A program made the position numbers and the translations under genes. Below, piece by piece: positions 1-14,456 of a DNA stretch of 64,000 nt (position 1 is its first letter; the number at the start of each line of letters is the position of its first letter). This DNA comes from Pseudogymnoascus verrucosus (taxonomy: Eukaryota). The notes beneath the pieces are model-generated. The model did not search any database, had not been told where the DNA came from, and saw only the letters and a program-made list of their open reading frames with translations. The stretch is from assembly GCA_001662655.1 (NCBI GenBank), contig KV460245.1; one strand, written 5' to 3'.

Positions 1-1843
1 GAAGAACGTTATAAATGTCGAGGTAGCTTACGGTTATATGAACCTTCGCCTTTACAGAGCCCCACATAGACTTGAGAACTGGCTTCGTGTCGGCCTTGAG
101 TTGATCAAAAGAGCCACCATCACCAAATATTTTCTTCAACGGTGAGTCTGCAAGTCCTTCCGATGCTGACGCATCTTGGTCGGTGGAGTCAACATCGTCC
201 CCGCCAAGTGTGCTTGTGCTTCTGTCTCCGGGATAGCCGGTGCTAACGGTGCGCTGGCGAAAGTTTCGTGAACCGTTCTCCTCGGATTGATACCCGTTAG
301 TATGAGCTGTCCCATGGTTGTTTTCGTCATTGCCGTAGGTTACTATGGCGATTTCTGGTCGGCGAATAGCTGGTTGGTGAGATATAGACGAACTTCTACC
401 AGGATAACTTGCAGACTGGTATCTTGCGTTGTTTGGTATGCCAGTTAACTGATCGTCCGCAGGGTGCAGCTCCTCGGCGTTTATAACGGGACTCAATAGG
501 ACGGGTGCCCGAGGCCGAGTGATTGCAACATGATGTGGCAGTCTATCCACCTGACTCGTACCATTGGCTGGGGCACTCTCTCGGAACATTTCAAGGCGAG
601 TCTTTTGGCGTTCGCTCATTGGTGTGACATTCACTGGCAGCGAGTTGCTTCTATACAAGAAGTTACTGACCTTCTGCGTCGTGGCTGGCTTACACGACGT
701 GCTTTCCTCGTGCGAGGTTTTGTTCCTCGGTTTCAGGTAGTGATTTTTCAGCTCTTTCAATAGTCCCTCATTAATCTGGTAATCTGGGTCCGAAATTTCC
801 GGCGGGCTGCTGGAAGAATCTTCGGTCTCGTGAATCTGGCTTGTATGAGAGTGCGAAGGCGGCGAGTTAGGATAGCCATCAGCCGATTCGGCATAAGAAT
901 CGGAGGCAGAGACATCCATGGAAAGGTCATCACGATTGTTAATTCCATGGCCATGCCTAGAAGATGGGGCATAAGAATCATCCGAATAGACGGAGCTAGC
1001 AACTCTTAAAATCTTCGATTCCTCGGACTTGCTTCGCTGATGAAGACCTTGAGAGAAGACGTCAGCAACTTCCAATCTATCAGTCATCCGAGTATGCATA
1101 ATAAATGAACTCTATATCTTTGAGTAAAGAATTTCTAGAGTACATTGTCGCTGAACGTAAGTGTCGGAGAAATTTGGTTCACATGTCGCGTACTGGGGGC
1201 TCAAACTTACTCAAAGGTGGCGTCTGAGGCAAAGCCTTATTGATGGACTGTTCCCAGCTTATGGCATCCTGTTGAAGCCAGTAATCTCTCTGGCACTCTT
1301 CCCACCCCTCTTTTTTCGCGAAGTAAGTTGCTCTGTTGCGGAGACCTTGCACATTGCGTCTCTTTGTGAAGCTCTCGGAATATGGATTCTTCCTCGGGCT
1401 AGCTTGGCCACGGATGGCCCTGACGATATCAGCTCTACGTGAGGCAATTCTGTGGAACCATTAGCACAGACAGTCATCTTCTGGGTTGTTTGGATGTAAT
1501 ACTTTCTGTTTTCTGCAGCCTCTATAACAGTTCGAATATTTGTGGATTCCTCGGTTTCAAGGTTGTGCAGGCTGTTCATGGACTGTCCTTCTCTATATTT
1601 GGCAAGTCTACAACATTGGTTTGAGCGCTCAATGCCTATATCATAGGTCTAAACATACCGAAAGTTGTTATAAGTAACAAGTTCTTCCATCGACACATAA
1701 TCGCTGTGAGCGATTGGGTCTTTCCTTGCCCATCCATGTGGCTCAGGATCGCACACCAGAAGTGGGTTGTTTTGAGGGAGATAACGGCTCGGAACCATGC
1801 TGTCTACGTCTTGACGCATTGATGAGTAAATAGAGGGTGCCAT
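1..1843 (-). CDS. Multi-exon hypothetical protein, Ser/Pro-rich, 3' end beyond window start
   Basis: ATG at 1843 (MAPSIYSS...). GT-AG introns at 1658-1608, 1502-1450, 1210-1151 and 1143-1077 join into one frame, using a 7-nt exon at 1150-1144. A ~350-codon stop-free exon runs from 1076 to ~32, where a GTAAGC donor begins. The ORF track misses it because there is no stop in the window. Confidence 0.7.
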
Positions 1844-3582
1844 GGATCGCTTCGAGTATAGCTGCAGTAGAGACTTCTTATATCGGGTTCTCTTGTACAA
1901 CAGAGTGCTTGGGTGTGTTGTTCGTTGTTTTGTGCCTGCTGCGCCTATCGTTGACGTTTTGGTGAATATATGTAGGGGCAGTACTAAGCGCACATGATTT
2001 TATCTAGTCTGGCAGCTTAGGTGGTACCTTCGGGTTTCAGTATCTCTCCAGTACTATATTCCAGCTTTGCCAAAGAAAATAGCAATGCGCGTTATGTTCA
2101 ACCACGGCGACGCACCATAGAGGTTGGTCAATTGAAAGATCTTTATGGAATAATAAAACCAGGATCTTGATACCACAGGTTAACCGATGCAGTGGATAGA
2201 TCAAATCATATGCAATTCCAGCCTTGCAGGAAAAGCACAACAATAATGCACATAAATGACCAAGAGAGCCTCTAAGGAAAGTATATACCACAGTCTGTCA
2301 TAGAACTTCTGCTAATGTGTTTTTCTTTTTGCACAATTACAAGACGGACAAAGAATGCTTGGTTATACAACACACTTGCGGCATAGACACCAACTCTCGC
2401 AACATATTGAGCAGTCCAGAGCTCATTTCCGAAAGCACTACTTCCGTTCCAACTTCTTTGGTTATGTTGGCATAAACTATGTTGGAATACATGACAACAG
2501 AAACGCACAGTGTGCCAAGGTGGTTCTTGTAAACTCCAATCCAAGATCTCCTTGGTTCTTGAATGGTTGTTGCATCAACAGATCCAAACGAGGAAGGGAC
2601 TCAATACAGATGTGCTATTGCACCAGACATATGAGATTCAAACCAACGGCGAGGCAAAGCCGATCTAGAACAGATAGCTTGTGTTCTATCCAGGTCATAC
2701 CAGCACCAGTGTGTTGATGTGGACAAAATATGGCTGGTGCTTTCCTCTCCGGCGTTTCCTCTCTGGCATCTTCAATCAAGGCTCCCCCTTTATCAAAGAA
2801 CGCCAGGACTATTTTAAAAGAAGCAATTGGACTTACTGGGCAGGGACAACCCGCCTGATTTATCTCAGCATGGACAAGCTGATGAGCGGTCATAGCCGAA
2901 CAGTCACTCGAGCTGCTGGGCACAGTCTTTGACGCCAACACCTCAGAGGGTATTTGGGCCAAAGGATATTCAACAGCAGACACCATGTAGGTTGATAGTT
3001 ACTTGGTCTAATCCTGGCAGTCATTTTGAAGCTCGCTCATGAACACCCGAAAGGAGGAGGGAGACCGGAGTCTAACGAGGGAGACCGGAGTCTAAGGAGG
3101 TCCCATGAGTGGTACTGTCTTGGTTGGCTTGCACTCGGACCCTGTATTAGTCAGCCATCCCGCATTCTGCGCGTTCTACGTACCGTTTCTCCATGCCGAT
3201 CCCCACATCTCCCTCTAGCTTCTCTCTGCCCCGCATCAATCGGAGACCTAAGTGCCGTGAGCGCAACCCGCGTGCTTAACCAAACCCCCCTCGGTAATCC
3301 GTCAAGGCATCTCGACATCTTTTCTCCGTCGCCATTTGCGCGTTTCTTGGTGTTGTCCCACGTCCGTGGGAGCCGGAGGAAATGCCGTCCCAGTTATAAG
3401 TACATCATCTTGCTAGTCTTCATTATTTTCTTATAATGAAGCGCATATCCCCCCTCAATCGTCTTTCCATTCTTCGTTTTATCCAGTTCTTCCACTCTTG
3501 GAATTAATTTTTTGTCGAAATACCCTCTGTCATCATCGTTACTTCTGATTTCACTGAACATATTTATTGTATGAACCAAAAC

Positions 3583-5603
3583 ATGGCTGACAACACGGCA
3601 CCAAATGGAGTCGAACTGTACGATATCGTGATAGTTGGCGCCGGTCCCGTTGGCCTCTTGCTCTCTACTTGTCTTGCAAGATGGGGCTACAAGATAAAGC
3701 ATATCGACAATCGTCCTGAGCCAACGAAGACAGGTCGCGCAGATGGCATTCAACCCCGCTCCCTCGATTTACTCAAGAACATGGGCTTGAAGCCTCAAAT
3801 AATGGCCCATAAGCCAGCGAAGGTCTTCGAGGTGGCATTTTGGGATCCCACTTCGGCTCAAGACGGCATCCATCGGACGGGAACATGGGCGAGCTGCCCA
3901 AGCTTCATCGATGCCAGATACCCATTTACAACCCTGCTTCACCAAGGACTTATCGAACGCGCCTTTATTGGCGACCTAGAGAAGAACGGTGTTGAAATAC
4001 AAAGACCTTGGACTATTACCGGGTTCAAAACAGATGCAGATGTCGACCCTACATACCCTGTGGAGGTCAGCATCGCGCATATCGACGGTACAGCCACGGA
4101 AACGGTTCGCGCCAAATACTTGTTCGGTGGCGAGGGAGCAAGGTCGTTTATTAGGGACCAATTGAAGATCCAAATAACGCACAAAGACCCCATTGCTCAC
4201 GTTTGGGGTGTTATGGATGGTGTCGTTCAGACAGACTTCCCTGATATCAAAGTAAGCCTATCCCCGAGATTTTAGCCGTGCAAGGCTAACAAATATATCA
4301 GATGAAATGTACCATTCATTCCGAGCACGGATCGATCATGGTTATCCCTCGAGAGGAAAATATGGTCCGATTATATATCCAAATTGCTTCATCGACAGAT
4401 AAGAATTGGAATCCCAGGAGAACTGCGACAGAAGAAGAGGTTCAGGCAGCCGCGAAAAAGATTATGGCACCATATAACATTACTTGGGAGCGTGTTGAGT
4501 GGTTCTCAGTCTACCCCATCGGCCAAGGAATTGCGAGCAAATATACTTTGGATCACCGAGTCTTTTTGGGTGGTGATTCATGCCACACACACAGCGTAAG
4601 TTCTTGCTAAACCTTGTTAATATATATGCTTACTGTAAAATAGCCTAAGGCTGGTCAGGGCATGAACACCGCTTTCCTCGATGCCCAAAATCTCGCATGG
4701 AAGATTCACCATGTCGAATCCGGATTTGCGGACCGTGGTATCTTGGAGACTTACGAATCAGAGCGCAAGCTTGTCGCCGAGAACTTATTGAACTTTGATG
4801 CGAAGTATGCTGCGTTGTTCTCTCAGCGCCCACCTGCTGCCCACGACGTGAAGGCCGCCTCAGAGGGCGCCACATCCAACATTGGAGAAGAAAACATATT
4901 CATCAAGACATTCAAGGAGTCTTGTGAGTTTACCAGCGGCTACGGAGTGGCATACATGCCAAATCCCCTTAATTGGAGCCCAGACCACCCCGCGAAGTCG
5001 CCTCTTATCCATCCTCAAGGCACCACACTCCGCACAGGCCGCATCTTGGTCAACGCAAATGTTACCCGGGTTGTCGATGCCAACGTCGTCCACTTGGAGC
5101 AAGAGATACCAATGAATGGATCATACCGCATCTACGTGTTTGCTGGTGAACAGGCTGTGACAAGGAAGGCTCTATCTGACTTTAGCGCCAATCTTGACAA
5201 GAAGGGATCCTTCTACAGCTCATACAAGCGTCCTGACAATACTTCTATCTCTTACCATGAGCGTCACAACCCGGAGAGTTTGTTTTACACTCTATGCACC
5301 GTATTTGCCAGCAAGAGAGCCGACATTGAGGTATCGAGGGACGTGCCAACGACTCTAGCACGCTACAGGGACCACATTTATGCGGATGACATCTGGGACC
5401 AGCGTGTGCCAAACGCCACTGCTGCAGCACACGCAAAGATGGGCCTGGATGAGAAGAAGGGCGGCATTGTGGTAGTACGACCTGACGGGTATGTTGGAAT
5501 TGTTGTCAGCTTGGTGGAGGGCAGTGGAACGGTGGATGCCTTGAACGAGTATTTCTCTGCATTCTGCACGAAGAAGCTTGGTGAGCTGAGGGGTCAGTTG
5601 TAA
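3583..5603 (+). CDS. FAD-dependent phenol 2-monooxygenase-family hydroxylase
   Basis: GAGPVGL FAD motif, [26 protein letters not shown] after splicing, and a C-terminal [10 protein letters not shown] thioredoxin-like domain. Introns 4252-4301 and 4596-4643. Start could be 3571. Confidence 0.92.
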
Positions 5604-6319
5604 TCTTGATGAGAGATAGAGATACTGTACATAAAATATAAGGTAGGCATTTTTTAGAAGTAAGCAAGCAGGTAGTCGTCCCAGGTTATAAATGAATATT
5701 TGAACAAACAATAGCTCGTCCGCCCATAATTACTTGTACTATTCCTCACTCAAAGTCGTTCCCGTCTGTACCTACCGTGAATCTCCATGCTCATTAGCCA
5801 TAGCCGTCAGATTTCTTGTATCTGCCGTAAATCTCATGTTTCGTTGACCCTTTTACCCCTCCATCATCGTTTTCGAATCCCTGTTCCATCTTCCCCACAT
5901 TGAGGGCTGCAGCTCTGATCCCTACCTTACTTTGACCGCCTTCGCTTAGGTAAGGCAGAAACTAGGTTTAACAGCGGTGGTCGGGAAATCGCAACTGGGC
6001 TCTCGATCGCGCCAGTCTCTCTTTCCTGGAATCTCCATCTCAGTCACTGAGAATTGGCCACGACGGCACAGAAACTCAAAAATGTACTCGATACTGGAAG
6101 GTACGTTCAACTCAATGCCGACCCAGGTCGCATGTTCTTTATTTACTTCCACCCCACCCTCTCTTCTTCTTCCTTCCAACATCATCGCACGCGCAGTTCA
6201 CATTCTCACGACAACATCAGCTAGCTTTTTTGCACAACAGCTTCAGCTCTATTCACTTTCATATCGCCGCGAACGATACTCATTGATAACTCCCCGCGAT
6301 GGTGCTCCTCTCCAGTCCG

Positions 6320-8854
6320 ATGGATTGGGAGCCAACTCATCGCGGCGACTACACGCCGGCCTGGCAGCCGCCAATGTCAGGTCGGTGTGTGGTCGTCGCG
6401 CATGAGCGCGACCATCCAGACTGGGTGCCCCCGATGCCAGGGGCATTTGTCGACAAACCACCTCGTCGTAACGAGGTTGGTCTTCGATGCGGCGGGGGTT
6501 TTCATTCCCCCAGCCGCAAGCGCACCGTTGAAGGTGCGCAATTCGAGGACCATCCTCAATACGCCGGGGAGTCGGCAGATGTCCCTGGCATCCAGCCGGT
6601 ACCACCATTTCTTTGTTCTTCCTTTATTTTGCGCAACGAGCTAACTTTTCTTTCAGATTATTGACGGCCTCATGACGATGAAACTGCGGTACATCATCAC
6701 CGCAGTGTGCTGGTTTGCCGGGATCACCTGGGCTTCGGCCCAGTGGACCTTCCGGAAAGCGCGTCGGGGTGAGTTTCCATTCCCACAATCATGATGCTGG
6801 CCTCAATCCTGACAACAATAGTCCAAGTCACAGAGATCCGGCGCGTCGCCGCTGATGGGTATCTGTCCATCAAGCGTCGGGCAACGGAGGTCATGCGACC
6901 GTCTGCTCCGACAGTTGAGCAGATTGCCCATCAGCGGCGGGCGCAAACAGCCCCACGACAGTCCCTGCGCCAGCTTCCCCGAAATCTTCGTCCTGTTTCT
7001 GCACAGCTTCGCAGTCGCAAATCATCAAGGGAACACACTGTTCCTCAAAATACAACCGGTGCCCAGCCAATGGGACCACCCAGCCCCCCCGCATCTCCTC
7101 TGGCGGCCGACATTCCCATCCTGGAGACTCAAGAGCCAACGATTGATCGGTCTGCGCGCGTCGAGGACGTGTCCGACGAAGATAGTTTTGAAGAGAGAAG
7201 AAAAGAGTCACGGCTCTATCTCGAGAAAGTGCGCATCAAGAGGAAGGCTATTGAAGATGAAGAAAGGAATCGGCCAAAGAGCCTTGACGAAATGATAGCT
7301 CTGGAGAATGCCAGAAAGCTACGAACCCATGACGAGACGACGGCTCGGAAGCAGGCTCAGAAGCAAGTGGAGGAGGAGAAGTTACAGAAGATGGCCCAAG
7401 AGCTGGCCGGGAAGAAATCCCAGAGGATAGCACAGCAAGAGGCCGCCAAGGAGGCGGAGAGACTGGTACAGGAAATGGCGCGGCCGACTTCGCGGCAGCG
7501 ACCCAGGCTGGCGGAGAGAGTGACACGACCAAGGGTACAGCTGGTTTCCCCACAGAGTTCCAAACAGGATGCCGAAGATGAGGCAGAGAGTTCCGAACAG
7601 GGGGCCGAATATGAGGCAGAGAGTTCCGGACAGGATGCCGGATATGAGACAGAGACACCAGCAAAGCGATTGGCGCGGACGATTGGCAAGCAACGGGCGA
7701 ACAAGGCAGAGAAAGGAGCACAGCAAGCGGTCCGGTCGATTTTGAAGCGCAATCACCATCAGGAGGCTCAAGATGAACCTTCACCATTGATACAGGCGCC
7801 CGTAGTGGCTTCTGCAGATGTTGAAAAGGCTCGAGATGAGAGCTATGTTGATTACTTCCTCATGCCCGGAGTATATGAAGAAGCGGAGGTTCTAGAGGCC
7901 GGGGTCGAGGTTGGTTTGAAAAGCCTTGCCTTGGAATCGTCCAATGAACATGCGGAATGGAAGACTGAAGATGACAAAAGGAGGAAGAAGGTGTTCGAAG
8001 AGTATACTCGGCTGGCTGCTGAAGAACTGGCCAGGGCTCAAGCAGAAGCAGAGAAATTGGCTAGAGAGATTGCAGAAGAAGAAGCTGGTCGAGAACCACA
8101 TACAGGGCGTCGTCGACTACAGACGAAGCTTGTTCAGCTCAGCGACGAGTGGCAGGTCAAGGTTGACCAAGCTATGAGGAAGGGGGAGGGCGCTACTCTG
8201 GCCACCACCTTAGACGGGACGCAGCTGGTGAAGAGGGACTTTGTCACAGTACTCGGCCGTGCAGCTTGGTTGAACGACAATATCATCAATTCATACGTGG
8301 AAATGGTAGTTGAACACGCAAACAAAAAGGCTGGAAGAAACCAACGTGACAAAACTCCAAAGGTCGTCGCACAAAATTCTTTCTTTTACAAGAAGATTCA
8401 TGACGACGGGCCCCAATCCGTATCTCGCTGGATGAGACGGAAACGGGCTGCAGGGAAGAACTTACTGGAGGTTGAGACAATGTTGATACCGGTGAACAAC
8501 GCCTCCCACTGGACAATGATTGTCGTCTCTCCGAAAGCCCGCACAATCGAATACCTGGACTCTTTTGGCGGGCCCAAAGATGTCTTTATACGCAACACGA
8601 AGGCATGGCTGGCGATAGAGCTGGGCTCTGCGTGGAATGAGGACGACTGGCGCGTCCTTAACACACAGTCTGCCAGTCAGCATAATGGATACGATTGTGG
8701 GGTGTTTGCGGTTACCAACGCTGAGTGTGTCGTGGGTGGGGTCACCACCACCAGTTATGATGGCGGCGATATGACTATGCAACGCCGTCGGATTGCGGCT
8801 GTGTTATTAAACGGAGGGTTTGGCGGGGATCTGGAAGCAGCGGAGGATATGTGA
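6320..8854 (+). CDS. ULP1: Ulp1/SENP-family SUMO protease (peptidase C48)
   Basis: WLNDNIINSY, catalytic His (ASHWT), Asp (YLDS) and Gln/Cys (QHNGYDCGVF). Long charged N-terminus. Likely introns 6599-6657 and 6769-6821. Confidence 0.88.
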
Positions 8855-11405
8855 GGGCCGGGGGTGGAGAGTTCGCCCGGTGGAGGGGCATGAATCCACT
8901 CCTGGCTCTCGGCTTGGCGGGGGTTGTGGTTTGATTCTTGTGTTTAAATTTTTGTGTGGTTCTATTCATGTGTCCACGGCGTTTTTAAAAGGTTGGGAGG
9001 AGGCCTTTGTGGGAGTTCTGGGAGCATGGGTTTGGCGTTTTTTGTTGATTCTAATCACTGTAATAACGATTACGGGGAAGGGGTGGCTGGTCGGCGTTGG
9101 CGGACGTCGGCTTGTTTTCCCCCTGGCCTTCGATAGACTAATGATGCGAAGAATTCTGAAAGAAAGTTTCACACGTAATTTTTGTGCTCTACTGGTGTCT
9201 TTTGAAAATCCAACGTGAACTTTTAATCTATGGATTGCCGACTTGAATCTGTGGTACTATGAATGCATATAGGCTCATGCTCTCCCGTTATTGCATCGGC
9301 TTCTCGTCCTGATCATCTACCGCAAATAAGTGCACCACAACAAGGGCCTGGACCATCAACACAACCATCATCACTGTTCACCATCACCAGGACAAGATAT
9401 CGCATCCCCACACGACGCTATCTCCCGGCCCTCACCACATCGGTCCTGGTAAGACTCTTCCCACCAAACGCCACGGGGCGTCTGCAATAAGCGATCAAAC
9501 CGGCAAGCGGCCGACCCATGCTAGTGCTCTGTGAGGGGAAGGAGTTGGCAAGCTTGTATGGGGCCTTGGATGCAGAGTGTCAGCGTTGGATGAGGGGCGA
9601 TTGCTGTGACTGGTGCGAGGGGCTGGCCAGGGAGTGGTTGAAGTGTGTCAGTAGTGGGTGTTAGTAGAGTTAGTAGTGTTGGTAGTGCTATAACTCCCAG
9701 TAGCGGGATCCACAGTATGCTTGAGTGTGCAGCAGCGGGTGGTGGACGGACAAAGGACAGGCAGGGTGTGAGTGGGCGAGATCGCCGAGCTGTCCCGCCG
9801 TCTGGCCTGTGGATGCCCTGTGAGCCCCTCTCTTGGTGTGGCTGTCGATGCTGCTGGTTGATCCGCTATGAGATAACTGCCCGTCGCTTGGAGGTTTCCC
9901 CATACTCGGGGTACGAGGAAGGGATGTACTGGTGGCTATCGTTGGACCCCCCCAGGGCGACCGAGGATAGCCAGATCCCTCCTCCCTACCTCCAGGCACA
10001 GGATAAGATAGACTCTTTCTTGCTACTACTCTGCTTTTGTTGATAGATGATAGATAGTCGGGGTGAGACATAGGGTAAGACGTAGAATCGATAAGTTAGC
10101 GGAGATGAACTGCACTGCGCGATACTGGAGGTAAGGAGGATACTCGAGTCAATCGGCCTGTATGTAAGGTACCTGTATCTCCGCGCCGTTGTCTGCCATG
10201 TCTCTCTCTCTCTCTCTGCCTCTCTTGTCTCGTGTCTCGCAGCTTTTGCCGGATAACGTCTGCTGTGTCTTGTCTCGGCTCATGCCATGTACTGCACTGT
10301 ACGACCGGTGTTGTGCGACCAGTACGACAGTGCGGATATGGGGCAGTGCGAGGGAGCAATCCCATCTTTATGAGACACCGAAGGGGAGAGTGTCCCCGAG
10401 ACCTGGAGGGTGACAGGTAACGGCGTCGTTGAAGGGTGAAGGGTAAAGGGTTGAGGGCCATAATCAATACAATCAACAGCAGCAGAGACATAAGTCCGAC
10501 CTGGCTTTTTACAGTCCAGAACGAGTAGATCTGGCCCTGTATCCTCATTATCCATCATCGTCGCCCTATCTGGTGGTAGAAGTCGCAATCGTGGTGGAGT
10601 TGCATATAGTACATGGCTCACAAGTCACTTCTCGCCTCGACACCTTTGTACTTCACTGGCCTACGAGTATCCGTCCCTCCTCCTCCCCTCCCTCCCATCC
10701 ATCATCCTTCCATTGAAACCACACATGCCCTCTCTCCCTCTCTCTCTCTTTCCACTCACCCCTCCTCAACAACTTCTTCTTTCTTTCGAATACAATCGCC
10801 AACAACAAAACATCATCACCCTCTTCCTTCCATTCTTCATTACAATTTTGGGGGCATCGGCCTAACTGTCCGCCTCTCGTCGCTGCTGTAATTGATACGC
10901 CGTTACACCATTAATCGTTGTATTTGCTCAGACCCTGCCTGTTATCTTCTTATCTGAATGTCCGCCTTGCCCTCGTCTTCGCGTTTGATGCTGGCCTTCT
11001 CGCCATTTACGCAGACTTGGGAATGAATAGAGTCATTTTGGATAGTGAGTATGCCGTCTCGTTACATCTGCAGCTGCTCCGTCGTCGATGGAGTGCCTTA
11101 TTGCCATGTTTACAGGACGGCTTGGCTGACGGCTTCTCTCTGTAGCACAACCACAGTAGACGTTCATGACGGACTGAGTCCTCGCCCAGTTCACCACCCC
11201 TTCACTCACTCAGTCGATAAATCTCGGCGCCCCTTGCCTACAATCCATCCCTCAGCCCAACGGGAATTTCCCATTCCTCCTTCTTCAAGACCGCGCGTCT
11301 GGGACGCCTCGCTCACTACAATTTACCACATACCCGGTTTCACGATTGTTTCTGGAGCCGCCCCGTTTACATCTATAACGATTTAATACAAACCGCTTCA
11401 TCATA

Positions 11406-13560
11406 ATGGCCACCATTGCTCTGCCGCGTCCAGTCCCGCGTTATCGCTCCTCCTCTCCCATACCCACGCTCACCCACTCCATAAACCTCGATGGCATCAA
11501 CTCCTCCGCCGCGTGCCCAATTCCTATACCCAACAAACACCTGCCTGTCTGCCCACCCGGCCCGGCCCCATCTGATAAGCCAGATACACCGCCAGCGTCG
11601 CCGCCCACGAAGCACTTGAAGCTCCAGCCACAGTCGTTGCTCTACCCACCTACCAACTATAAGAAGGTCACGCATAACTCCTCAGCTGTGTATCTCATTG
11701 ATGCGGCGGGAGTTGCAGCCGCAGTGAACCACATCTCGCAGCAACCGTTGCCAGAGGCGGGTCAAGTGTTCCCGTGGCTCCATGGCTTGCACCCCGCGAA
11801 CCATGTGCAGCAGGCGTTCTTCGTGGCACGGCGTAAGGCCCTGCGGAAGACCCCGGAGTGTTACCGTGGAGTAACAATCGTCAAGGCCGACGGGAACCTG
11901 AGCTGCTCCCGGTTGAAGTCTGCTGTCACTACCGACGAGTTCATGCAGACTGCTATGGCTGAGTTCAAGGACATTGATCCTAGGGAGGGCTTCTCTGTAA
12001 GGAACTTCCAGATCCAGTCTGCCAAGACAGCTATGCTGTCTGATATCATTGTATACGGAGAAGACGCGGACGAAGTGTTGCGAGTGGGCAGCGATATTGC
12101 CAAGGCCCAACGATCGCGGCGGCAAGGGCTCAAGGCCCTCGGCCACGAAGTCCCAGTGTACCATACGTTTGTGTGTACGAGTCATTTTGAGGAGTTTGAA
12201 GAACATCATCCGGAGATCGTGGTTGTGGATACCCGCGGCGAGCTGACGGGGAACGTCCTAGACTTCTTCCACCAGGAGCGTGTAGAGATGGCTACCATGA
12301 CGAAGGCGTCGGAGATTGCGAGAAATGTGTGGCTGGGGCCGACGGATGATTTGTCTATGAGCGGCCCGTCACCAGATGATGAGCCGTTTGATCTCTTCAT
12401 AGAGTGCAGCGACCTCGGCCGAGCCAATGTGCGGGCCCTGAAGAATATCGTTCGTGAACTTGACAGTGGGGCTGAAACAAGCCAATATGTCGAGTTCCCG
12501 TCTTCTGGGAGCATCATGCCGCCGTCCTGGCCGCTCACCGAGGCTGACGATATAGTCGAGAGCTGCAAGTGGATTTACAACTTAGCGAACGGCATTAGAC
12601 CCTCGGAAGACGAGGGTGAGATCACCGATATTGAAGGAGACAGCCCAATGCCCAGTCCTATAGAAACTAGAACAAGCAGGCCACGCAAGATCCTCATTTA
12701 CTGCACTGATGGATACACAGAGTCATCCATGCTCGCACTCGCCTATTACATGTACGCACACGGCGTGACAGTTTCAGAAGCCTGGCTGCAAATGCACATC
12801 GACAAGCGCCGCAACTTCTTTGCCTACCCCTCCGACGTGGCACTACTGAATTCCATCGCCCCAAGCATCCTCTCCAACTCTCCCGCCCTCGCACACACCG
12901 CCCCGCAGGACGTCACCCAACGCATCCATGACGAGCCCGCCTGGCTCGCCCTCATGGACGGCTCCCTACCCAGCCGAATCCTCGATTACATGTACCTTGG
13001 AAACCTCGGGCACGCGAACAATCCCGATCTCCTCCGCGCTATGGGTATTGGCCAGCTCCTCAGCGTCGGCGAGACTGCCGCCTGGACTGCCGCCGACATC
13101 GCTGCCTGGGGCGATGAAAACGTCTGCGTCGTCCAAGGCGTACAAGATAATGGCGTTGACCCGCTGACTAACGAATTCGACCGCTGTCTCGCATTCATCA
13201 GTATGTCCGCCTATCCTCCTTCCACCCCCTCAACCAAGCTAACATCTCTTCCCCTCAGACCGTGGCCGCCTCAACGGCACATCAACTCTAGTCCACTGCC
13301 GCGTCGGCGTCTCTCGCAGCGCTACAATCTGCATCGCCGAAGTAATGCGCGCGCAGTCCCTTTCCTACCCACGCGCATACTGCTTCGTGCGCGCGCGCCG
13401 CCTTAACGTCATCATCCAGCCGCATCTGCGCTTCAGCTACGAGCTGCTGAAGTGGGAGGAGACGATGCAGGTGAGGCGAGGGGAGCGGGTGAGGAGGGAG
13501 TTGGAATGGGGCGAGATTGCGAGGGAGATTGCGGCGATGAATAAGCCGTATTCGCGATAA
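11406..13560 (+). CDS. PPS1: Pps1-like dual-specificity protein phosphatase
   Basis: VFPWLHG and FSVRNFQIQ blocks and a degenerate first DSP motif (YCTDGYTESS). Splicing intron 13202-13258 gives the CX5R motif VHCRVGVSRSAT. Confidence 0.88.
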
Positions 13561-14384
13561 TTTTGGGGTTTTTGGTTTTGGGGGTGCTTGAAGTTTTCCC
13601 TTTTCTTGGTTTGCGGTTTGGGCGGTGCGGGTTCTAAGGTCTCCTTCTGGTTTTTACTAGGGGAGGGGAGGGGTGGGGGATATGGGATTTTATTATTATT
13701 TGACGACATTTATGAGGTGATGAGATTTAGGAAGGGGGTTTCTTGGGGCCTATCTTATTTTTTTTGGCCATGTTTTCTATCTTTTTCTATTTACGATTTC
13801 TGGAACTGGGGATTCATTGGGATATGATCCTTTTGTTTTGCTCGCTCCTTCGTGGTTTGGCTCGGGGAGAGTCGACATCATTTTTGAGAGCAAGCAAGCA
13901 TGCATTTTATTTCATGTTTTTCGACGGCTGGAATGGGCCTTACTTCTGGGCTCTACATTTTTGGGTATTAACAAATGTAGCGAAGAGCTTCTCTTTTTTT
14001 TTTTCTCTTTTGGAGAACTATGGTTCTATTTCGTTTTGACGGGGATGGTGGAAACAATGGCGTTGGATTGTGAACATCCTCTCACACACAGTATTTCATT
14101 TGGGCGGAATCTATTGGACATAACATAACTTTAGACAATCTATGAAGGGGTTTCACGTTAACTGCCGTTTTCCATCGTGACAATCTCTGACCGGTCTTGT
14201 GACCAATTTCCCTCCCCATCACAACCTGCATTGCTGTCTAAACCGCATCGTGAATCCAAGTGACCGGTCGTTCCTGTCGTGTCGTCGTCCCCTGTGTTGT
14301 GTTGTATTAGCAAGGTAAATTTACCTAAGCGATGTCTCGCGGCTCCATAATCCGAGACAAGCAAAACAAACACTAATCAAACCA

Positions 14385-14456
14385 GGACCGCTGGCGCAAC
14401 GGTAGCGCGTTCGCCTCCAGAGCGAAAGGTTATCCGTTCAAATCGGGTGTGGTTCA
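14385..14456 (+). tRNA. tRNA-Trp (CCA), intronless
   Basis: Acceptor stem GGACCGC/GTGGTTC+A, D-arm TGGCGCAACGGTAGCGC, anticodon arm TTCGC-CTCCAGA-GCGAA, T-loop GTTCAAATC; 72 nt. Confidence 0.93.

Noticed and set aside
1900..3450. Several 80-140 aa ORFs, and a 20-bp tandem duplication GGGAGACCGGAGTCTAA near 3059-3098
   Set aside because: No recognisable motifs or consistent exon chain. Likely a divergent promoter region; a two-copy repeat is unremarkable.
7565..7650. Short repeat encoding EAESSEQGAEYEAESSGQDAGYE in Ulp1
   Set aside because: Ordinary slippage repeat in a disordered region.
8860..11400. Many short ORFs and CT/GA microsatellites
   Set aside because: Low-complexity UTR or promoter sequence with no coding signal.
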